Source of the DNA: Salpingoeca rosetta
Taxonomy: Eukaryota > Protista > Choanoflagellata
Reading direction: 5' to 3'
Assembly (NCBI GenBank): GCA_033442325.1
Contig: JAWQFM010000019.1
Span: 333,703 to 342,083, forward strand
Length of the DNA stretch: 8,381 nucleotides
This document shows, in pieces, positions 1 through 8,381 of this stretch. Position 1 is the stretch's first letter. Each line of letters begins with the position of its first letter. Below the pieces are notes generated by a model. It saw only the letters and a list, made by a program, of their open reading frames with translations, did no database searches and was not told the DNA's origin. The position numbers and the translations under genes were made by a program.

Positions 1-93
<93 letters not shown>
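1..93. repeat. (AC)n microsatellite, intronic in the ARMH3-like gene
   Basis: Near-perfect AC dinucleotide run with one interruption at ~56. Confidence 0.95.
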
Positions 94-99
<6 letters not shown>

Positions 100-232
100 C
101 CCATCGGCAAACACGTTCGTGCATGCGTGTGCAATTTTTCCTTCCCCTGTCTTTCCACCCCTGCATCCTCACCACCTTTTCAATCCCTTCCCTCCCTGTT
201 CGTCATCCCGCCCACAATTCCTTTCCCGACAG

Positions 233-849
233 GAGATGCGCCATCGCCCCGCCACGACAGTGACCGCCATGCGTGCTCCACTCGTCCTCGGCATATTCGG
301 TGATGATGATGTTGGGATTTGCCTGCAGGCATGAACGCAAACGGCTTTTGAGTAGCCCTGATGTTCTGTCGCTGGCAGCTCACTGAAACTCACGCATGCA
401 CATGCACGCGCGTGCACACACATGTACAGATCTGTGCATCGAGTACATGGTCAGCCACATGTCGCGAAGCTTTGACGTCGACGCATACACGTGAGCTGGT
501 GGCGAGCATGAATCGTTCAACGGAAAGGGGGCTGTCCGAGTCTCAATCAAGCCTGTTCACGCTCAAAACCTCCTCTGCTAATTCAAGCACACTCTGCTAC
601 AACATATACTTTCACTTACCCTCACACTCACACCCTCACACTCACACCCTTCGATGCGGGTCCCCTCCCCTCTCCTTCCTTTCACAACACACGCCCCCCC
701 GGTCCAATTGTGTGCGCCCGCGTGCCAGCCGGTGCCTGGAGGTGGTGCACCGGCTGCTGTGCTACCAGAAGACGCATCTCGTCCGCCTCAACTACGAGTG
801 GGCAAACCTCTGGTCCGCACTCTCGGCGCTCTTCAAGTTTGTCATCCAG
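233..849 (+). CDS. ARMH3: ARMH3/C10orf76-like (DUF1741, armadillo-like helical protein), partial; internal exons 233-299, 430-490, 729-849
   Basis: All three exons have cag acceptors and GT donors (gtgatg, gtgagc, gtaagc), and the two introns between them (phase 1, then phase 2) join in frame. Spliced peptide [83 protein letters not shown]. This matches, from memory, the C10orf76 motifs PMRHR...PLV..vlDL.vEf...HM...F..dlY.RC...vH.LLCYQK...vRL.Y.W.eLWsAL..l.KF. The 5' exons lie upstream of the window and the 3' exons are not seen. Confidence 0.85.
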
Positions 850-855
850 GTAAGC

Positions 856-870
856 GTGTGTGTATGTGAA

Positions 871-966
<96 letters not shown>

Positions 967-973
967 TGAGTGA

Positions 974-1014
<41 letters not shown>
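856..1014. repeat. Long (GT)n microsatellite with a (GAGT)n insert
   Basis: ~160 nt of GT repeat directly after the donor at 850. Confidence 0.95.
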
Positions 1015-1016
<2 letters not shown>

Positions 1017-1116
1017 CAATTTCGTGCATGGTTGGCCACCTTGTCACCTTGTATCATAACACATGTTCTCAAGAAGACCACACTATCAACGCCAACAACA
1101 TGTCTGATTCGCGAAG

Positions 1117-4156
<3,040 letters not shown>

Positions 4157-4448
4157 AGGAAGGAGTGGCGATTCAGTCTTACGACTGTTTGTGCTTTTGT
4201 GTCGTGTACCGCTTTTTGTTGAAGATTGCTGTTAAAGAGAGTTCTCGACAGCTTGAATGAAATTTCCACACGCGCGCGTTTCTCTGCCAGCAAAGCGAAA
4301 GAACAGGAAAAGGGAAGCCATTTTGCTCTGCACAACAACAAACTGTTGGTGTTTGAGTGTTGTGTCCTGAGGAGAAAGACTGACGTCCTGTCCTGCGGAG
4401 AGGAAAGCGAGTTGGCTACCCTCTTTGCCTGCCTCTTCGCCTGCCAGG

Positions 4449-7400
4449 ATGAGCGCACCAAAGCCGGTGCAGAAGAAGGCGTCCCAACGCAGCCGTCGCA
4501 AGAAGGTGTTCATTTCGCTGCGGTTCGGAGAGGCTGGCCATGCAGGCAAGCTGCTCAAGCGCGAGTTGGAGCAGGTGCACGGCCTGGACGTGTTCCTGTG
4601 TGATGTTGAGCCTGGTGGCAACATGGGAAAGGAAATCATCACGAACCTTGCGGCCTGTGACTTGGCTGTCATCATGGGCACCAAGACGTACGGCAAGGAG
4701 ACGCCATCCACCTTCAGCACGTTTCAAGAACTTGATTTCATCAAAAATGAGCGCAAGCCATTCTTCTTCATCAAGATGTGCGAGCGGCTTGAAGAGTCGT
4801 TTGCGCGATTCCACCTCCCCGATTCCATCTCCTACTTTCCATGGATACCTGCTTCACGCGATCCCGAGTCCATGTCCCTGCCGCCTGACCTCGCCCCCGC
4901 CATCGTAGACAAGCTCAGCCACATCAGCACCTCTAGCGGCGCGAAGGGCGGCAAAGGCGGCCCCTCCGTCATCACACGGCAGCTCCCAACCACGCTGGAC
5001 GCTGGCCTGACACAGTGGCTGCAGCGTTACAACATGTTGTCCTCCATGGGGCTGGTGCTTGAGAAACTCCACATCACAAGTCTTCACAAATTGGAGCAGG
5101 CAACAGAGGCCATGCGGAATCCGAGAAAGCGTGCACTTGCTAAGCGGCAGCAGCAGAAGCAGGGAAAGAAGGGAGGAGGGCAGGGAAGCGAACCCAAGCC
5201 AACAAAGACCGTGCGACAGTTGTATGAGGGAATACTGATGAGGGAGAAGCAGCTGCAGCCAGCAGAGATTGCCAAGTTCCGGCGAGCGTGCAAGGCGAAG
5301 ACGTGGCGCAACAAAGAGATGGGCAGTGAGCGACATGGAACGTTGGAAGGCACAGAAGAGGTGCACGAACAGGGAGATGAGAAGCAGGAAGAGGGACGTG
5401 AGGGGAGCCAAGAAGAACAGGAGGAGACACAGTCGCACCAGCATCAAGCGAGCGTTGAGTGCCCGCCTGTGCGAAAGGGTGTGGGAGACGAAACCCTGTT
5501 TCGGGAGTGCCTGCAGAGGGTGAGTGGTAAGAACGCAAGAAACAAGATCCTCAGCATTTGGAACAACACGTGTGGCTCGAAAGTTAAGTGAGTATGGACG
5601 TGTTACAAGGATATGCACCTGCAATTCATGAGTAGGGTCCTGGCGGTTTAATGTATCTGGCGTAAATAGAAGTGTGTGCACGATGCTTTGATGGATTGCC
5701 TGATGCGATGTGGCATTCACTCACATCAACACTTTGCACACACACACACATGCATGCATGTATGCGAATGAACACACATACGCACACATGATAACCACAA
5801 CACATGCACCATGCAGCCTTGCAGACAACGATCTTGGACCTGAAGGGGGAAAGGCGATTGGGGAGGCACTGAAGGTGAACACGACGCTGACATCGCTCGA
5901 GTGAGTTGTGCTGTTGTGGCTGTGGCCCTGGGTGTGCATATGTGCGGATTCGTGTGCACGTGCACGTGTGTTTGTGTGGGTGGCAGTGGGCACATTGTTG
6001 TGTTGATGTGGTGTTGATGTGTCTGGGTGAGACAGTGATGTGGTGTGTTGACAAGCGTGAGACGATACGACACACCTGTTTTGTTTTATGTGTGCGTGTG
6101 TGTATGTGAGTGTATGTGAGTGCATGTGGTCTAATTGATTTGCACTTGTGGTTCAGTGGCATGGTGATCGTGATAGTGAAAGGGGATGTGGGTGTGTGGA
6201 TGTAAGTTTTGACCTAAATAGGGGTTGGTTGATTTTCCCTGCCAAGATGTTTTCCCCTTTTGGGGGGGGGGGGGGTTGTGTGTTGTGGAGTAACATAACG
6301 TAATTTGTGGATGTGACATGGTGGTAGTTGTGTGTTTTGTGCAGGTGTGTTTTGGATAGGGATGTGGTGCACGATGCTTTGATGGATTGCCTGATGCGAT
6401 GTGGCATTCACTCACATCAACGCTTTGCACACACACACACACATGCACACACATGCATGCATGTATGCGAATGCACACACATACACACACATGATAACCA
6501 CAACACATGCACCATGCAGCCTTCGGAACAACGATCTTGGACCTGAAGGGGGAAAGGCGATTGGGGAGGCACTGAAGGTGAACACGACGCTGACATCGCT
6601 GGAGTGAGTTGTGTTGCTGTGGCCGTGGCCCTGGGTGTGCATATGTGCGGATTCGTGTGCACGTGCACGTGTGTTTGTGTGGGTGGCAGTGGGCACATTG
6701 TTGTGTTGATGTGGTGTTGATGTGTCTGGGTGAGACAGTGATGTGGTGTGTTGACAAGCGTGAGACGATACGACACACCTGTTTTGTTTTATGTGTGCGT
6801 GTGTGTATGTGAGTGTATGTGAGTGTGCATGTGGTGTAATTGATTTGCACTTGTGGTTCAGTGGCATGGTGATCATGATAGTGAAAGGGGATGTGGGTGT
6901 GTGGATGTGAGTGTTGAGCTAGATAGAGGTTGGTTGATGTTGCCTGACAAGATGTTGTCACACTATTGGGGGGGGGGGTTGTGGAGTAACGTAATTTGTG
7001 AATGTGACATGGTGGTAGTTGTGTGTTTTGTGCAGGTGAGTTTTGGACAGGGATGTGGTGCACGATGCTTTGATGGATTGCCTGATGCGATGTGGCATTC
7101 ACTCACATCAACGCTTTGCACACACACATACACACATGCACACACATGCATGCATGTATGCGAATGAACACACATACGCACACATGATAATCACAACACG
7201 TGCACCATGCAGCCTTTACAGCAACAATCTTAGACCTGAAGGGGGAAAGGCGATTGGGGAGGCACTGAAGGTGAACACGACGCTGACATCGCTGGAGTGA
7301 GTTGTGTTGCTGTGGCCGTGGCCCTGGGTGTGCATATGTGCGGATTCGTGTGCACGTGCACGTGTGTTTGTGTGGGTGGCAGTGGGCACATTGTTGTGTT

Positions 7401-7997
7401 GATGTGGTGTTGATGTGTCTGGGTGAGACAGTGATGTGGTGTGTTGACAAGCGTGAGACGATACAACACACCTGTTTTGTTTTTATATATGTGTGTGTGT
7501 ATGTGTGTGTGTGTGTGTGAGTGCATGTGGTCTCATTGATTTGCACTTGTGGTTCAGTGGCATGGTGATCATGATAGTGAAAGGGGGTGTGGGTGTGTGG
7601 ATGTGAGTGTTGAGCTAGATAGAGGTTGGTTGATGTTGGTTGACAAGATGTTGTCACACTATGGGGGTTGTGTGTTGTGGAGTAACATAACGTAATTTGT
7701 GAATGTGACATGGTGGTAGTTGTGTGTTTTGTGCAGGTGAGTTTTGGACAGGGATGTTGTGCACGATGCCTTGATGGATTGTCTGATGCGATGTGACATT
7801 CACTCACATCAACACTTTACACACACACACACACACATGCACACACATGCATGCATGTATGCGAATGAACACACATACACACACATGATAACCACAAAAC
7901 ATGCACCATGCAGCCTTGACGGCAACGATCTTGGACCTGAAGGGGGAAAGGCGATTGGGGAGGCACTGAAGGTGAACACGACGCTGACATCGCTCTC
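4449..7997 (+). CDS. TIR - SAM-like - LRR protein (candidate intracellular immune receptor), 3' partial; exons 4449-5587, 5817-5900, 6520-6603, 7213-7296, 7914-7997
   Basis: ATG at 4449 opens a 1139-nt exon ending in phase 2 at aa|gtgagt (5588). Four 84-nt phase 2-2 exons follow (atgcag|c ... |gtgagt) and splice in frame to ...NNTCGSKVNLADNDLGPEGGKAIGEALKVNTTLTSLDLRNNDLGPEGGKAIGEALKVNTTLTSLDLYSNNLRPEGGKAIGEALKVNTTLTSLDLDGNDLGPEGGKAIGEALKVNTTLTSLS. No stop is reached before the window end. Confidence 0.85.
4506..4916 (+). other. TIR domain (TIR_2-like)
   Basis: betaA KVFISLR, alphaA AGKLLKRELEQ, betaB GLDVFLCD, BB-loop EPGGN, alphaB KEIITNLAAC, betaC DLAVIMGTKTY, alphaC STFQELDF with Glu at 4728-4730, betaD KPFFFIK. 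Confidence 0.8.
4995..5291 (+). other. SAM-like helical segment with a basic low-complexity insertion
   Basis: LTQWLQRYNM.S.MGLVLEKLHITSLHKL ... LQPAEIAKFRRAC resembles the SAM pattern (W-L-x3-L, helix 3-4, terminal helix). It is interrupted by a K/Q/G-rich stretch. Recognised by pattern only. Confidence 0.4.
5817..5900 (+). CDS. LRR exon 1 (RI-like 28-aa repeat; variable codons GCA GAC = A,D)
   Basis: 84 nt, cag/gt bounded, phase 2-2. Confidence 0.9.
6520..6603 (+). CDS. LRR exon 2 (variable codons CGG AAC = R,N)
   Basis: 84 nt, cag/gt bounded, phase 2-2. Confidence 0.9.
7213..7296 (+). CDS. LRR exon 3 (variable codons TAC AGC = Y,S; also D>N and G>R)
   Basis: 84 nt, cag/gt bounded, phase 2-2. 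Confidence 0.9.
7914..7997 (+). CDS. LRR exon 4 (variable codons GAC GGC = D,G; split codon TC- = S)
   Basis: 84 nt, cag/gt bounded, phase 2-2. Confidence 0.9.
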
Positions 7998-8290
7998 GTG
8001 AGTTGTGTTGTTGTGGCCGTGACCCTGAGCGTGCATATGTGCCAATTCGTGTGCACGTGCACGTGTGTTTGTGTGGGTGGCAGTGGGCACATTGCTGTGT
8101 TGATGTGGTGTTGATGTGTCTGGGTGAGACAGTGATGTGGTGTGTTGACAAGCGTGAGACGATACGACACACCTGTTTTGTTTTATGTGTGTGTGTGTGT
8201 GTGTGTGAGTGTATGTGAGTGTGCATGTGCTGTAATTAATTTGCGCTTTTGCTTCAGTGGCTTGGCGATCTTTTTATTCAATGGTTTTCT

Positions 8291-8294
<4 letters not shown>

Positions 8295-8330
<36 letters not shown>
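8295..8330. repeat. Poly-T run, probably low-quality contig end
   Basis: Similarity to the repeat unit decays from ~8230 and is lost after 8270, followed by T/C homopolymers. Confidence 0.6.
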
Positions 8331-8381
8331 CTCTCCCCTCCTACCCGCTGTCGTTCCCCTTTTTTGTTTCCCTTCCCGCTA

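Larger units (their letters stand above)
5676..8270 (+). repeat. Tandem array of ~700-bp intron+LRR-exon units (3 full plus 1 partial)
   Basis: Units start at gtgcacgatgc at 5676, 6367, 7058 and 7759. Exon starts are spaced 703, 693 and 701 nt apart. Introns are near-identical apart from microsatellite and G-run lengths and scattered substitutions. Confidence 0.97.

Noticed and set aside
361-1047. ORFs rich in VCVC or HTHT (also throughout 1366-1852, 3621-4235 and 5626-8226)
   Set aside because: These are translations of GT/CA microsatellites and low-complexity introns. Only the embedded exon segments are coding.
4425-5591. Treating the 388-aa ORF as a complete single-exon gene
   Set aside because: It starts at a non-ATG codon (first ATG is 4449), and its TGA lies within a gtgagt donor whose phase matches the downstream LRR exons.
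4854-5720. 288-aa minus-strand ORF and other antisense ORFs over the TIR exon
   Set aside because: They are antisense shadows of the + strand coding exon with no recognisable motifs.
5954-5965. 12-bp palindrome gtgcacgtgcac in each array intron as a recombination signal
   Set aside because: Such palindromes are expected by chance in alternating purine-pyrimidine GT/CA-rich DNA, and recurrence is explained by unit duplication.
6200-6275. Locally higher divergence of array unit 1 next to a 14-G run
   Set aside because: The changes mostly extend homopolymers adjacent to poly-G, which looks like read slippage rather than biological hypervariability. This cannot be confirmed without traces.
5676-8270. 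Array as a CRISPR, satellite or transposon tandem
   Set aside because: Units are ~700 bp, have no unique spacers, terminal repeats or transposase, and each contains a spliceable in-frame LRR exon.
8271-8381. Poly-T as the tail of a minus-strand retrocopy or SINE
   Set aside because: No target-site duplication or element body is visible, and progressive sequence decay at the window end suggests low-quality contig-end sequence.

Overview
Intron-rich eukaryotic DNA with many (GT)n/(CA)n microsatellites and small GT-AG exons. The style suggests a choanoflagellate such as Salpingoeca (inference only). Three + strand spliced genes are reconstructable, none of which the ORF track captures properly. 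(1) Three internal exons of an ARMH3/C10orf76 (DUF1741) homologue at 233-849, whose 3' part is absent after a long GT tract. (2) A GaaA-like D-galacturonate reductase (Gfo/Idh/MocA family) at 1117-4156, lacking a visible first exon, interrupted by a 466-nt N gap and carrying one probable 1-nt sequencing error. (3) A candidate immune receptor starting at 4449: one 1.14-kb exon encoding a TIR domain with the catalytic-position Glu plus a SAM-like segment, followed by a tandem array of ~700-bp intron+exon cassettes. Each cassette contributes one symmetric 84-nt exon encoding a 28-aa RI-like LRR. The LRR exons are almost identical except at the predicted ligand-facing beta-strand codons, consistent with a modular, diversifying LRR-cassette receptor. 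The array runs off into low-quality sequence at the window end.
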